In this document: piece after piece, positions 18,975 to 28,804 of the stretch
Numbering within the stretch: the first letter of the stretch is position 1
How the letters are laid out: each line of letters begins with the position of its first letter
Origin: a virus
Lineage: Duplodnaviria > Caudoviricetes
Length of the DNA stretch: 46,788 nt
Direction: 5' to 3' (one strand)
IMG/VR virus record: IMGVR_UViG_3300029822_000018
Location: 1 to 46,788 of that record
The notes under the pieces: generated by a model
Database searches by the model: none
The model's input: the letters and a program-made list of their open reading frames with translations, nothing else
Told to the model about the DNA's origin: nothing
Program-made: the position numbers and the translations under genes

Positions 18975-19333
18975 TTTTTCACCTTCCTTCGCTTTAATCC
19001 ATGCGGGTTTCGCTCCTTAATGGGGACAAGCTCCCCGTTCTCTATGTCGAGCAGGACCATTCTACCCTCACGGGTGATCCTGTAGATTTTCTCGTCGTAT
19101 TTGAGGTCAGGCTCCCGGCTGTCCCATTTGATACAGGGTGGATCGAGCATCAGCTGGCGGATGTTGACGCTGATTTTTGAGGTCTCAAACCCAAGCCCCT
19201 CCAGGTTGCGCTTGATGTGGGTCAACCGCTGCCACATCCCGCGCGATGGCATGTCAGCGCAATCACGCAGATACTCTAGGATCGCCACCTCAATCGGCTT
19301 GATCGTCAGGACCTGTGAGAACCGGCCAATCAT
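18971..19333 (-). CDS. Hypothetical protein (possible winged helix)
   Basis: AILEYL...YRITREGR is reminiscent of a winged helix; coupled to both neighbours. Confidence 0.6.
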   Translation of the reverse strand: MIGRFSQVLTIKPIEVAILEYLRDCADMPSRGMWQRLTHIKRNLEGLGFETSKISVNIRQLMLDPPCIKWDSREPDLKYDEKIYRITREGRMVLLDIENGELVPIKERNPHGLKRRKVKK

Positions 19334-19500
19334 TTAGCGACCTCCGCCCGTTGGTCAACCCGCCGTAGAAGGCTCCCAGGATCAAATATGAAGTCCGCTG
19401 CGCAAACAATGATCGTCATCCCTGTGATCAAGACTAGGGCTATGGCCATCAGTAGACCAACCGCTGGAACCATCAGGACCGTTGCGAATAATCGAGTCAT
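19330..19500 (-). CDS. Small membrane protein
   Basis: Long hydrophobic stretch; GGAGG RBS. Confidence 0.6.
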   Translation of the reverse strand: MTRLFATVLMVPAVGLLMAIALVLITGMTIIVCAADFIFDPGSLLRRVDQRAEVAK

Positions 19501-19514
19501 CAGCCCGCCTCCGG

Positions 19515-20774
19515 TTAATTCATCTTGACCCAAAACGCACGCCCTGTAGTTGAAATAGGCATCGGATAAGAGCCCTGATAGTCGTAGACGAACCCGTCAT
19601 AGAGCGAACCGTCTGCGAATTTAGCACGCGTTCCGATACACCTAGGAGGAGTGCGCCCCTGCTCGTCAGTCCATCGCCAAACCTCATCAGACGGCGGTGG
19701 CAAGGTGAAGACTAGTGGATTCGATGTCGGTTTCAATAGCCCGTTGGCCAGGCTGCATTTCTCGAAGCGCAATTCCACGAACGATCCATGCTTCAGAAAT
19801 TGCGCCGGAATCTCGACAACGCCTGGGGCGTAGCGCGGATTATTAGCGACAGGAGGGGTGACCGGTGGGTCATCCTCATCGGGGTCATCAATGATTGGCG
19901 GGTCTTCGCCGGGATCAGCATCTTTGATCTTCTCAAACGTAAGCGGGTCCTGCCGCTTCGTACCATTGACGACCGTGGCCCGATACTCAGACCCGTCCGA
20001 GAGCGTCACAACAACCGGAACGTTCGCACCGACCTTGGGCACGTTGTAGTGCAATCTCAAGCCATTGGCCAGGATCGGAAGGAGATCGGTCGGGTATTTG
20101 CGCACCTTGTTGGTAACGTCAGCCCCGCCAACCGTCACCTTGGCCACCCCGGTCTTCGACATGTGCGCAGGCAACAGCATAACCGGCTCGCCGGGTCGGC
20201 TGTCGCTGTCGGGTTTCCAGAGCCCACGTTGATTTGGTGCCGCGTTGTTATCGGGGTAAATGTGATACCTGGTTTCCCCGGCCGGCCAGTCTGGCCAGTC
20301 ATTGGGGTCCTGCGGGGGTGCATCATCGGCAGGATCATCGGGAGTTGTAGGCGGCGAGGCATTCTCCCGTTTCTCCTTTAGGATCTCCTCCAATTTCTTG
20401 CGGATCTCCTCAACCGAGATGTCACCCCCTCCTGTGAGGTCCTCCCCCAACGAACCCAAGGCAGACTCAGCCAAGCCAGCCCCGATATAATTCTCTATTA
20501 TCTGATTCCACTGCTCCGGCTTCAAGATTTCGGGCTGGGCGACCTGGACAGATCCAATAGTCACCCGTGCGCCGGCCCCATCTGGCCCAGTCTTTTCGCC
20601 CTCGAAATCCTTGATGTCCTGCTGCCCCCAGCGGACATAGGTTGCGCTTGCCCCGGTGGGCTCAGAGTAACGCAGGGCCACACAGCCGGTCGTAAAAAGC
20701 GCAGCCGCAATCGTACCGACGCCCAAGAGAATCGGAATCAGCATCCAGAAAGGTGAATCCTCGTCAATTCTCAC
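19515..20774 (-). CDS. Putative lipoprotein with Pro/Asp linkers and two globular domains
   Basis: Hydrophobic N-terminal segment ending LFTTGC; PDDPADD and DDPDEDDPP linkers. Confidence 0.65.
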   Translation of the reverse strand: MRIDEDSPFWMLIPILLGVGTIAAALFTTGCVALRYSEPTGASATYVRWGQQDIKDFEGEKTGPDGAGARVTIGSVQVAQPEILKPEQWNQIIENYIGAGLAESALGSLGEDLTGGGDISVEEIRKKLEEILKEKRENASPPTTPDDPADDAPPQDPNDWPDWPAGETRYHIYPDNNAAPNQRGLWKPDSDSRPGEPVMLLPAHMSKTGVAKVTVGGADVTNKVRKYPTDLLPILANGLRLHYNVPKVGANVPVVVTLSDGSEYRATVVNGTKRQDPLTFEKIKDADPGEDPPIIDDPDEDDPPVTPPVANNPRYAPGVVEIPAQFLKHGSFVELRFEKCSLANGLLKPTSNPLVFTLPPPSDEVWRWTDEQGRTPPRCIGTRAKFADGSLYDGFVYDYQGSYPMPISTTGRAFWVKMN

Positions 20775-21096
20775 TTTGCACCCCCAGTCCTCGCATTTTC
20801 GGGATCATCTCCAGGTCATACAGATCACGGAGCGTGTTTGCGTAGGCTGCGATGACCAGGAGGTTTTGTTGCAGATCCCTGGTCCGGCGGTCCGCAAACT
20901 CTCTATCCGGCATCGTACCGGCCGGAGAATCGCCATAACAAATGGCCTCGAAAACCCTGCCAATGTCATTGGTGACCGTGTAGACGCTCGCCGCTACATT
21001 GCCCAGTAGCTTCGAAACTTCCTCCACTGGCATATTGTGGACCAGCTGGACGTACTCAGACGCCCGCCGCATTGATTCATGACTGCGCTCTTCCAT
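20764..21096 (-). CDS. Hypothetical protein
   Basis: TGATG-coupled ORF. Confidence 0.65.
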   Translation of the reverse strand: MEERSHESMRRASEYVQLVHNMPVEEVSKLLGNVAASVYTVTNDIGRVFEAICYGDSPAGTMPDREFADRRTRDLQQNLLVIAAYANTLRDLYDLEMIPKMRGLGVQSEN

Positions 21097-21341
21097 CACC
21101 GCACCGCCTCTCTATCGTCTTTGGTGAGGTCAATGATGTCTGCGAGTTCCTGCACTTCGACAATAAGCAAATCCCAATGGAAGTGCCCGGGCAGGTGCTG
21201 CGCTATGAAGGACCTGTTTTGGTCGCATGTGATATCGAGAATATCCTCTGGAACATCTGCGCGATTGAATGCCATAGCGCACCTCATGAGCTCGCTACGA
21301 CTTACGAATGTCACCAATATCGTGACCACGTCTCTCACCAT
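21096..21341 (-). CDS. Hypothetical protein
   Basis: Packed ORF with GAAGGCGGTGA upstream. Confidence 0.6.
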   Translation of the reverse strand: MVRDVVTILVTFVSRSELMRCAMAFNRADVPEDILDITCDQNRSFIAQHLPGHFHWDLLIVEVQELADIIDLTKDDREAVR

Positions 21342-21359
21342 TCACCGCCTTCCAATTCA

Positions 21360-21971
21360 TCATTTGATCTGCTCCGGCTCGCCGTATTTGCCGCGCAGGT
21401 GCGACCGGAACAGATTCATCGGCGAATACTCCTCCGATGGGCCAGAACCATTGACGGCCCCATCCCAATAGCCAAGAATCCGAAGCATCCGGACCGTCAA
21501 CTCTGAACAGAACCGGCTCTCCTCAGAGTCGGCGTCGAAAAAATCGTCGATCCACGGCCAGTCGATCACGACCCCTAGGAGCCGAATGGGGTTTCGTTCG
21601 TACGGTTTGCCGTGCTCCCGGACCAGGAACATCTTCATCTCTGGAAACAGCCTGGTCATCCCACCGTTGCAGCATCTTACCCAGATCTTGTCCCCCTCGT
21701 ACTGTTCGATACGATCTTTCAGGCTCCATATCTGAACCCCCGACTGCCGCTTGCCGGTCCAAAGGTCCGGGGTCCGCGCCATGGTCGTAGCCCCAAATGA
21801 GACCGCTTGCCTTCGGTGCCCAAACAGGATCGCCGCCTCGGGAGGGAGCACCATCTCGACATGGGTTGGGCCGTCCAGATTAGCCCCTGACATTCGCCCG
21901 ATCCAACGGGAGATGAGACCGGTTCCGCGGAAGAATAGAAGCGAATACGGCGGGATCTCGTTCAGGTCCAT
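21360..21971 (-). CDS. Permuted papain-like NlpC/P60 enzyme (YiiX/C92-like)
   Basis: LLFFRG...IS..I, THV (His), GKPY, FCSEL (Cys), in permuted His-before-Cys order. Confidence 0.85.
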   Translation of the reverse strand: MDLNEIPPYSLLFFRGTGLISRWIGRMSGANLDGPTHVEMVLPPEAAILFGHRRQAVSFGATTMARTPDLWTGKRQSGVQIWSLKDRIEQYEGDKIWVRCCNGGMTRLFPEMKMFLVREHGKPYERNPIRLLGVVIDWPWIDDFFDADSEESRFCSELTVRMLRILGYWDGAVNGSGPSEEYSPMNLFRSHLRGKYGEPEQIK

Positions 21972-22057
21972 TTCACTAACCTGTTGGTTCGGGTGGTGTA
22001 AAAAAACATCTGTGACAATCTGAATTGTTTGAGCTGTCCAGTCAAACGCGCCATGCC

Positions 22058-23533
22058 TTATTTGTCGGGACCTTCCTCCTGTCCTGTCTGGGTTTCCTCG
22101 TCCTCAGCCTGGTTTGCTTTGCGGTAGTATTCCATGAACAGCTCAGGCCGCTCGGTCTTAACAGCGGCGAGCATCTGCTCAGGGGTCAGATCGGTGAACC
22201 CATGATCGACCAGGTACTGCGCCGGGACCGCGTGGGGTGCGATGCCACCCATCCAGGAATCCTTAAGCGCCGTGAAGACCGCAGGGTCAAACCCGCCGTC
22301 CTCGAAGAGTTCGTCGTTGATGGTGAACTCGACCGCATCCTGATTGGAAAGCGGTGCATTCCACTCCTCGCACTCGATCAGGGCAAGCCGCATCGCCTCG
22401 TTCACATTGTGAATGATCGATTGTAGGACCGAGACCTCGCTCGATTCCTCCAACCGCTTAGCCTCCGCCGTCTCAGCGTCGCGCTTGCGCTCCCTTAAGA
22501 ACCTGGCTCCATGGGCCGCCGCTTGCTCCATCTTTTCAGCAAACGCATCCTGGAGGATCCGGCAAACGCTTCCGTTGGCCTCCAGCATCATCGCTGAACC
22601 CTCAGTATCGAACGACCACCACGACCCATCCCCGATGACAAGCCCCTGGGTTTGCTTTTTGTTCACGCCAAACATGATGGGCTGGATGATCCGGCATTGA
22701 TGCCGCGCGATTTCGAGGTCCGCGCTCGTCTGGTAAGCCGAGAAAATCATGTTGACCAGCGGCATGATGACCGAGGTCTCGACCCACCAGGTCCCAACGT
22801 CGTAGGTGCTGATCGGGATCACTGGTAGATAGGGGATTGGCTGCTCCCTGCGCAAGAGAGGCTCAGGCCCCTCGACAAGCTCCCAGCGGGTACCGTCGGT
22901 GCTCTCGCGCTGCTCAAAGAGCCTGTAATGGGCCGCGCCGTCCAGAAGGTCCAGGGTCCGCACCCGCTTGACGTCGCCCTCCTCGAACGAGAAGGGGTCA
23001 ATCCAGTGGGAGCCCTCGCTCAGGCGAACATGGCTGACCGCACCGGTCGACTGCGCCCAGTTGTATGCCTCATCCGCAACGTACTTGCGCAGGAATGGCC
23101 GCCGATACTCGCTGCTATAATCGCAGTAAAGGACCACCCACCCGTAGCGGATCACATCGGCCAGGAGCTGCTTCGAGAACTCTTCCAAGGAATTACCAAG
23201 CAGGTCCGCATCATCCAGGAACCCAGGGCCGTTTTGCGCAGCGGTCTTACGGTCGAGGGTGACAACCTGGTAGTGGATCGGCTTCCTAAACGCCATGCCG
23301 ATGAAGGAGCTCAAGACCCGTGGTGGGACCTCCGGGAAGATGGCCCGTTCGATGTAGGTCTGGAAAACACTCCCCGTCCCAGACACGATTGCCTGGGCAT
23401 TTGGTAGGTACTCCATACCTCGCGCCTTCACACGGAGCGAGTCCCACGCGTCGTCAAGACGGCGGTAGTTGGGTATTTGAGCCCGGATGAGTTGGTGCTT
23501 ATCCTCGATCTTGGCATATGGGTCTTGTGACAT
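22058..23533 (-). CDS. Portal protein (DUF4055-like)
   Basis: Follows TerL. Motifs YLP, Y..RA.F, D.D..G.SL, Y..SAD.E, GAR, ETAEA. Confidence 0.88.
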   Translation of the reverse strand: MSQDPYAKIEDKHQLIRAQIPNYRRLDDAWDSLRVKARGMEYLPNAQAIVSGTGSVFQTYIERAIFPEVPPRVLSSFIGMAFRKPIHYQVVTLDRKTAAQNGPGFLDDADLLGNSLEEFSKQLLADVIRYGWVVLYCDYSSEYRRPFLRKYVADEAYNWAQSTGAVSHVRLSEGSHWIDPFSFEEGDVKRVRTLDLLDGAAHYRLFEQRESTDGTRWELVEGPEPLLRREQPIPYLPVIPISTYDVGTWWVETSVIMPLVNMIFSAYQTSADLEIARHQCRIIQPIMFGVNKKQTQGLVIGDGSWWSFDTEGSAMMLEANGSVCRILQDAFAEKMEQAAAHGARFLRERKRDAETAEAKRLEESSEVSVLQSIIHNVNEAMRLALIECEEWNAPLSNQDAVEFTINDELFEDGGFDPAVFTALKDSWMGGIAPHAVPAQYLVDHGFTDLTPEQMLAAVKTERPELFMEYYRKANQAEDEETQTGQEEGPDK

Positions 23534-23554
23534 GGTCTCGTCTCCTTCTTCTGG

Positions 23555-25033
23555 TTAAATCCCCGATGGTCTGAACACGGAAATTCCAGCGTCCCGGTAA
23601 TACTCGGTCAGAGCGTAACAGGTGGCGTCGAAAGAATGGTCCTCCGCGTTAGGGTCGACCGAGTCCATGGTGCGGGTGTCCATCGGCAAAGTAGGGACCG
23701 TCCGGATCCAGTTGGGACAGTCCTGGGTTACGAAAATCCCGATCGTATCCATCCGCCGATCCCGGGAGGCCCTCATCAGTTTCAGCATCCCATTGGCTCT
23801 GGCGCTCCGTGCGTTTTTGGTGCATTTGCGCCAACCGAGCCCGCGCCCAACCGCCTCGGCACCGCGTGCCATCTGCGCATAGATCGATTCGCCGCCATCG
23901 TCGGTCCAGATGGAGGAGTCCGCCACGATCGTCTGAATGTTGGGCGTGCTCCTGGAAACCTCACTCTGGAACGTCATGCACGCCTGCCCAAGCTCCTCAT
24001 TGTCCATCCGCGTGCCAGTATTGGCCTTGGGTTGGCCGTTACGGTCATGCTCGCAGGTGTAAAGCTCACGGAAGATCACGGGAGAGCCTGGCGGTAAGTA
24101 GGTGATCTCACCCGAAAGCGTCTTGGTGAAAATACCGTCTGAAATCGCGATGGCATACATCGCCGAGGGCTTGCTGTGGCCCCAGTCGAACCCGAGATAG
24201 ACCGGCCAGTGGCTGGGGATCTCGAAGCGCTGGAGGACCTGCCGCGAAGAGTCCCAGGCGCCGTCGAAGTAACCGCCGGGGACAATATCCCAGTCACCCT
24301 CAAGCCAGGCCCGAACTAACCAGTCCGGCCCTGAATCCCGCAGCCGGTCAATGTAGCCTGGGTCGTTGCGCATCAGCCCGGGGTTGTTGGCGATGGTCGA
24401 GAAAATGTATTTGACGAACCAATCGCGCCGCTCCTCGTACTGGCCCAGGACGTACCTGTTTTTGAGCCATGTATGCCCCGGACCGCCTGGGTTGCCGGTC
24501 AGCCTCAGCTCGGGCTTGATGGCCCTGGTCGTGCGCAGCGAACCCCTCAGCCGGTTAATGGGATCCGGGGTCGGGAAATTCCCTGCCTCGTCAATGCCGA
24601 TCCAGTTGAGGTTGTGACCTTGGTATTTTGAGGCGTCCTGGTCCTTATCGATGAAGCGAAGCCGGAGATACGACCCGTCAGGCCACCGCCAGGTGGATCT
24701 GCTGCCGTTCCATTTGCCGCCCGTGTATGGGAGCAGGTCTTTGCTCAGCTCCACAATTTCCTCCAGCTCAGGCATTGTCCTGCGGAAGATCGCTCCAAAT
24801 GCCTGCGCCTTAGCTTTCTTACAGGCCAGCCGGAAGCGATTGAAGGCGATGACGAGCCCGTGGGTCTTGGCCCCGCCGCGCGTGCCGCCGTAAAACAGCT
24901 CCCCGCCACGGGTGTTGACAAATTCCTCCTGTGGCTCCCCGAGGTAGGGCAGGAGTCGCAGGTTGACCGATGCAAGCAGCCCGTCAAGCTCCTGCAACTC
25001 CTCGTGACCTAAGGAGTTCAACAATCCGCTCAA
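23555..25033 (-). CDS. terL: Terminase large subunit
   Basis: YGGTRGGAKT Walker A, IGIDEA Walker B, TGNPGGPGH, GFDWG, EDH..DA. Confidence 0.95.
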   Translation of the reverse strand: MSGLLNSLGHEELQELDGLLASVNLRLLPYLGEPQEEFVNTRGGELFYGGTRGGAKTHGLVIAFNRFRLACKKAKAQAFGAIFRRTMPELEEIVELSKDLLPYTGGKWNGSRSTWRWPDGSYLRLRFIDKDQDASKYQGHNLNWIGIDEAGNFPTPDPINRLRGSLRTTRAIKPELRLTGNPGGPGHTWLKNRYVLGQYEERRDWFVKYIFSTIANNPGLMRNDPGYIDRLRDSGPDWLVRAWLEGDWDIVPGGYFDGAWDSSRQVLQRFEIPSHWPVYLGFDWGHSKPSAMYAIAISDGIFTKTLSGEITYLPPGSPVIFRELYTCEHDRNGQPKANTGTRMDNEELGQACMTFQSEVSRSTPNIQTIVADSSIWTDDGGESIYAQMARGAEAVGRGLGWRKCTKNARSARANGMLKLMRASRDRRMDTIGIFVTQDCPNWIRTVPTLPMDTRTMDSVDPNAEDHSFDATCYALTEYYRDAGISVFRPSGI

Positions 25034-25451
25034 TTCGTTGATCGTGGTCGAGGTCGTGGTTGTCCTTCAGGTTATCTGATTCGGTGGCCATGATGTCTGA
25101 CTCGATCTTGCACGCGGCCACAAGCCAAAGCCGGACCTCCTGCGGATCGAGCAGTTCCATGTCGAGGGCCTCAAGGGCCAAAAGCGCCTTCTCGCGCAGC
25201 TTGCGCGCAACGCCTAACTGTCTCGCCTGCCAGGTTGCAGCCTGGTCAGACGCCTTTTTTAGGGTCTTGTTCTGTATCCGTTCCCGATACTTTGCGCGCT
25301 TACCAGTCCACCCATTCTTGCTCGCCATCCTGCCGATCATGCCAAGGGTGCATCCGTATTTCTTGGCCAAAATCCGAAGCGTGACCTCATCATCTCCGGC
25401 GATGTACTCGGCGGCGATTTCATCCCAAGGGTACTTTGGTTTTCTTGCCAT
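24984..25451 (-). CDS. terS: Terminase small subunit
   Basis: N-terminal HTH W..I..EYI.G...LR.LA.KYG...W; directly upstream of terL. Confidence 0.8.
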   Translation of the reverse strand: MARKPKYPWDEIAAEYIAGDDEVTLRILAKKYGCTLGMIGRMASKNGWTGKRAKYRERIQNKTLKKASDQAATWQARQLGVARKLREKALLALEALDMELLDPQEVRLWLVAACKIESDIMATESDNLKDNHDLDHDQRIERIVELLRSRGVAGA

Positions 25452-25565
25452 CGATCATGGTCTTCACTAACGGGTTCGTTCAGAATTTAGGCCCCAAAGC
25501 CCGTAAGATCAACACGGAGGGCCGGGGTGGTCTCAAACCATTGCCCGGCCCGTGCTCCTCCGTCC

Positions 25566-26504
25566 TCAGATCCCCCTGCAATCGTCCGGGTCCTTTTTGA
25601 GGTAGCCGGAGTCCTGCCGCTTGTGGTTAATCTGGCACTTGGCCCTGTAGGTGTTGTAGACATCCTCGGCGCTCATTCCGTGGAGCTGGGCCAGGCTGAT
25701 GAGGAAGTGGAACAAATCGACGATCTCTACCCGCGCGTTTTGTCGGTCGTAGGGTTGTGCCTCCTCAGGCCGCCACCATTTCCAGGGGACGCAGTCGACC
25801 AGCTCGGCGAGTTCCTGCTGCATGGCGGTCACGAATTTTTGAGTCCACCTGGCGATAGCCTCTTTATCCCCGACCGCGTCTACATCGACCATATCCGCCC
25901 CAATCCTGGAATTGAGATGGTGCTGCAATCGGAACATCTCGGAGAGGCTGGAGGGCTCGACGTCACGTGGAATGGCTGGCGCAGACTCCGAAGGGATCAT
26001 TTTTTCACTGTTCATCTCATGTTCCTCATTGGACGTACTACCATCAGGAATTGTAAACACATATTGGAAACACTCCTTGTCGGCACCGAGCCGATCGTTG
26101 AGCTCATTCTGCAATCGGATACTCTCGGAGAGAGCTTCCAGAACTCCAAGCGTTCGCCCATCCGGAAGTGGTACGGCTGGACAATAGTAACCGCCACTGT
26201 CTGAAACCAACGCAGCCCTGCCGTCTGGCAACGTGACTTCATGGATACCGTCCGGAAGCGGGACGGGTGGCTCCGGCTTCTCCTTAGGCCGAAGCTCAAG
26301 CCATTCCCAGGCATTGAGTTCATCCCTCCGCATGTAGTACTCACCGTTAAATACCATCGCAGCCTCGGTATAACACTCGTCATCCTCCGCGTAAGCAGCC
26401 ACGATGTTGTCGCTTTTGAAGTCCCGCGCCAGGACAGTTTCCTCTGCCTCAGGCCAGCGCTCGGAGAACTTCACCCACCGCGCTTCCAAATTGAACTCAC
26501 TCAT
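25566..26504 (-). CDS. dut: DUF551-like domain fused in frame to dimeric (all-alpha) dUTPase
   Basis: C-terminal QELAEL....WKWW, EIVD.FHF..S, Y..K..IN..RQ.SGY; N-terminal EARWVKFSER.PE. Confidence 0.85.
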   Translation of the reverse strand: MSEFNLEARWVKFSERWPEAEETVLARDFKSDNIVAAYAEDDECYTEAAMVFNGEYYMRRDELNAWEWLELRPKEKPEPPVPLPDGIHEVTLPDGRAALVSDSGGYYCPAVPLPDGRTLGVLEALSESIRLQNELNDRLGADKECFQYVFTIPDGSTSNEEHEMNSEKMIPSESAPAIPRDVEPSSLSEMFRLQHHLNSRIGADMVDVDAVGDKEAIARWTQKFVTAMQQELAELVDCVPWKWWRPEEAQPYDRQNARVEIVDLFHFLISLAQLHGMSAEDVYNTYRAKCQINHKRQDSGYLKKDPDDCRGI

Positions 26505-26755
26505 TCTTCGCCGCCTTTCTCTCGAACCTCCAGCCATTCCCATTCAGGGATCTCATTCACCTCGTCATCATCCCAAATGAACGACTCACCGTTGACGATA
26601 TACCTCATTGGCCCATCCTCAAAAAACTTGATCGTGGCAATCATGCCGTCTTTAATATTGCGCGCAAATACTCCATTGTCCCTGCCAGGCTCACGCTCAG
26701 ACAGCTTCACCCACCGCGCCTCTAGGCCCCACTCCGTCGTTTGTTGCTCAATCAT
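26501..26755 (-). CDS. DUF551-like small protein (paralogue 2)
   Basis: EARWVKLSEREP...WEWLEVREKGGE. Confidence 0.7.
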   Translation of the reverse strand: MIEQQTTEWGLEARWVKLSEREPGRDNGVFARNIKDGMIATIKFFEDGPMRYIVNGESFIWDDDEVNEIPEWEWLEVREKGGEE

Positions 26756-26987
26756 TCTCGCCGCCTTTCTCTCGAACCTCCAGCCATTCCCAGTTCCGCA
26801 GATCGTCCTTCCGCATGAAAAACACGCAATTGAAAACCCATGGTGGGTCGGGGCAATACTCGTCATATTCCACGTAAATTGACCCGACGTTCTTACCCCC
26901 TATCTTCTGCGCAAGGACAACTTTTTCAGCCGCAGGAACACGTTCCGCGAATGGGACCCACCGCGCTTCCAAATTGAACTCAGTCAT
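26748..26987 (-). CDS. DUF551-like small protein (paralogue 1)
   Basis: MTEFNLEARWVPFAERVP...WEWLEVREKGGE. Confidence 0.7.
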   Translation of the reverse strand: MTEFNLEARWVPFAERVPAAEKVVLAQKIGGKNVGSIYVEYDEYCPDPPWVFNCVFFMRKDDLRNWEWLEVREKGGEND

Positions 26988-27336
26988 TCTCGCGGCCTTT
27001 CTGATTCTCGTACCTATCAAGCACCTCGCGCAATTCGTCAGCAAAGTTGTCTCCATAGAAATGATCTTCCCCAAGCCTCCCCTCGTCCATGCGATGTCGC
27101 AGTTCAGCGATTAACGCTTCTTCGGGATCCCATTGATCTTCAAATCCAGAGCACGAACAATGCGAACCGTTCACTTCGTATAGCTTGCCATCGCGCTTGA
27201 ATAAAACAAAAGCATATCCTTCGTAGGTATCACCGGTGAAGGCCGCAAAGATGATTATAACGCCTTCGAAACTACTTATGTCCTCCTCGAATATTTTTGC
27301 AATTTCCTCATTGGTCCAATTCTCGTACTCACTCAT
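26980..27336 (-). CDS. Conserved phage hypothetical protein
   Basis: YEG.A.VLF..DGKLYEV.GSHCSC.G.E.QW.PEE motif. Confidence 0.75.
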   Translation of the reverse strand: MSEYENWTNEEIAKIFEEDISSFEGVIIIFAAFTGDTYEGYAFVLFKRDGKLYEVNGSHCSCSGFEDQWDPEEALIAELRHRMDEGRLGEDHFYGDNFADELREVLDRYENQKGREND

Positions 27337-27575
27337 CACTCGCCGCCTTTCATCACTCGAAACAAGCCCTCTAAATCCGACTTAAGCGCCCCAGTATAAT
27401 GCCGCGGGGTCATCTTCCCAGTCAAAACCGTCCTTACCTCAGCCTGGATCACCCGTAGCCAGAGTTCCTTGTCCCGGATCATGGACCATGGGTGAATCTG
27501 AAACGGGGTCTCGGGCAGGTCCCCGGGTGTCAATCCGAGGACCAACTCCGACAGTCGCTGTGGTTTGTCGGTCAT
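27336..27575 (-). CDS. Hypothetical protein
   Basis: Coupled ORF ending KGGE. Confidence 0.7.
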   Translation of the reverse strand: MTDKPQRLSELVLGLTPGDLPETPFQIHPWSMIRDKELWLRVIQAEVRTVLTGKMTPRHYTGALKSDLEGLFRVMKGGE

Positions 27576-27838
27576 GCTTTAAATTCATGCGCCGCGATTT
27601 GCTGCATGAGTTTGGCACAGTTTGAAATTGCGAAGTTTTTTGCCTCGCTGGAAAAAACTAGCCTGCTTTCTGGATAAAAGCCGGCCAATTCAACCAGTGA
27701 GTATCTGGTTTCATCTTTGCTGTATACCACCGTTTCAACACTGTAGACTTTGGCCTTCCATACCACGTCCGGCTTAAGAAGCTCATCAGTGAGATATACC
27801 TTGTCCCCGATATTGAATTTGAACTCTACCATCGCCAT
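27572..27838 (-). CDS. Hypothetical protein (SH3-like FNIGDKVY)
   Basis: Starts at the TGATG junction motif. Confidence 0.7.
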   Translation of the reverse strand: MAMVEFKFNIGDKVYLTDELLKPDVVWKAKVYSVETVVYSKDETRYSLVELAGFYPESRLVFSSEAKNFAISNCAKLMQQIAAHEFKA

Positions 27839-28020
27839 CACTCGCCGCCTTTCTTTGCAGCAACAATCAGCTCGCGTATCCATGGCTTGTCAAGGCTCAT
27901 TGCATAAACCAGCGCCTCCATGCACGCTTTGCACATGTGATCGCGATCGTCGTCACGTAGTGTTCCACCACATTCTAGACACCTACCATCAGTTACATTA
28001 GGTAACACCTCATCGCTCAT
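27838..28020 (-). CDS. Small zinc-finger protein
   Basis: CxxC...CxxC; ends KGGE. Confidence 0.7.
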   Translation of the reverse strand: MSDEVLPNVTDGRCLECGGTLRDDDRDHMCKACMEALVYAMSLDKPWIRELIVAAKKGGE

Positions 28021-28295
28021 CACTCACCGCCTTCCTGTTCGACCATTGATCGTACCGCCTCCCAACCTTCAGGGTCATTCTCCTTCAGCTCCCCTTCACA
28101 AATGCCATCGTCGCCGTCAAAAATTAGCCTCGACATATATTCGATACAGACTGCGCAATAATATGCCGTCAAGAACTCCCCTGAATCAACAGTGACCTGG
28201 TATTGCGCAACAGATCCTGCGATAATCTCGCCTCTACAACCCCAGCATCGATGTGGTTTTCTCGTCTTGACGGACTTGTCCTTTAGAACATCCAT
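28020..28295 (-). CDS. Small zinc-finger protein
   Basis: KTRKPHRCWGC...C..C. Confidence 0.75.
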   Translation of the reverse strand: MDVLKDKSVKTRKPHRCWGCRGEIIAGSVAQYQVTVDSGEFLTAYYCAVCIEYMSRLIFDGDDGICEGELKENDPEGWEAVRSMVEQEGGE

Positions 28296-28804
28296 CACTC
28301 GCCGCCTTTCCGTTGCGCCTGCCGCAGCATTCCGGCTGACGAAACATCGACAATGTCGAGATCCTCATACCCAAACAACTCCATCTGTGCCCTCTGACGC
28401 CCTAGGACGTACTCCGCGCAGACCTCGCGCAGTGCCTCCATACGTTTGACCGCATCGTCCGCGATCCCGTCGAGGTCCTCCTCGTTTAGCCATGGGGTTT
28501 TTAGGGTGCATGGGCCAACGATGTCGGACAGTCGTGTCTTCAGGATCGCCTCTGCGCTTATGCGATATTTCGTAAGTCCGTCCTTCGTGACCCATTCAGC
28601 CGATCCGAGCTCCATACTTGAAAGGTGATCGGGGCTGATACGGAACAGCTCCACGGCCAGCTCTCCAACCGCCTGGACCGCCTCACCGAACTCCGGCCCC
28701 CACTCCTCGGTGTAGTCCGCCGTGAAATAGGTATCCCCGCTGGTATAGGTCAGCTTCGGCGTACAGAAGATGCTGGAAACGAATTTCTTAATTAGAACGC
28801 TCAT
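28295..28804 (-). CDS. Hypothetical protein
   Basis: Coupled ORF; C-terminal Y..G.QRAQ.ELF; ends KGGE. Confidence 0.7.
   Translation of the reverse strand: MSVLIKKFVSSIFCTPKLTYTSGDTYFTADYTEEWGPEFGEAVQAVGELAVELFRISPDHLSSMELGSAEWVTKDGLTKYRISAEAILKTRLSDIVGPCTLKTPWLNEEDLDGIADDAVKRMEALREVCAEYVLGRQRAQMELFGYEDLDIVDVSSAGMLRQAQRKGGE

Noticed and set aside
25511-25565. GC-rich hairpin between dUTPase and terS
   Set aside because: No U-tract or recognisable motif, so no function can be assigned.
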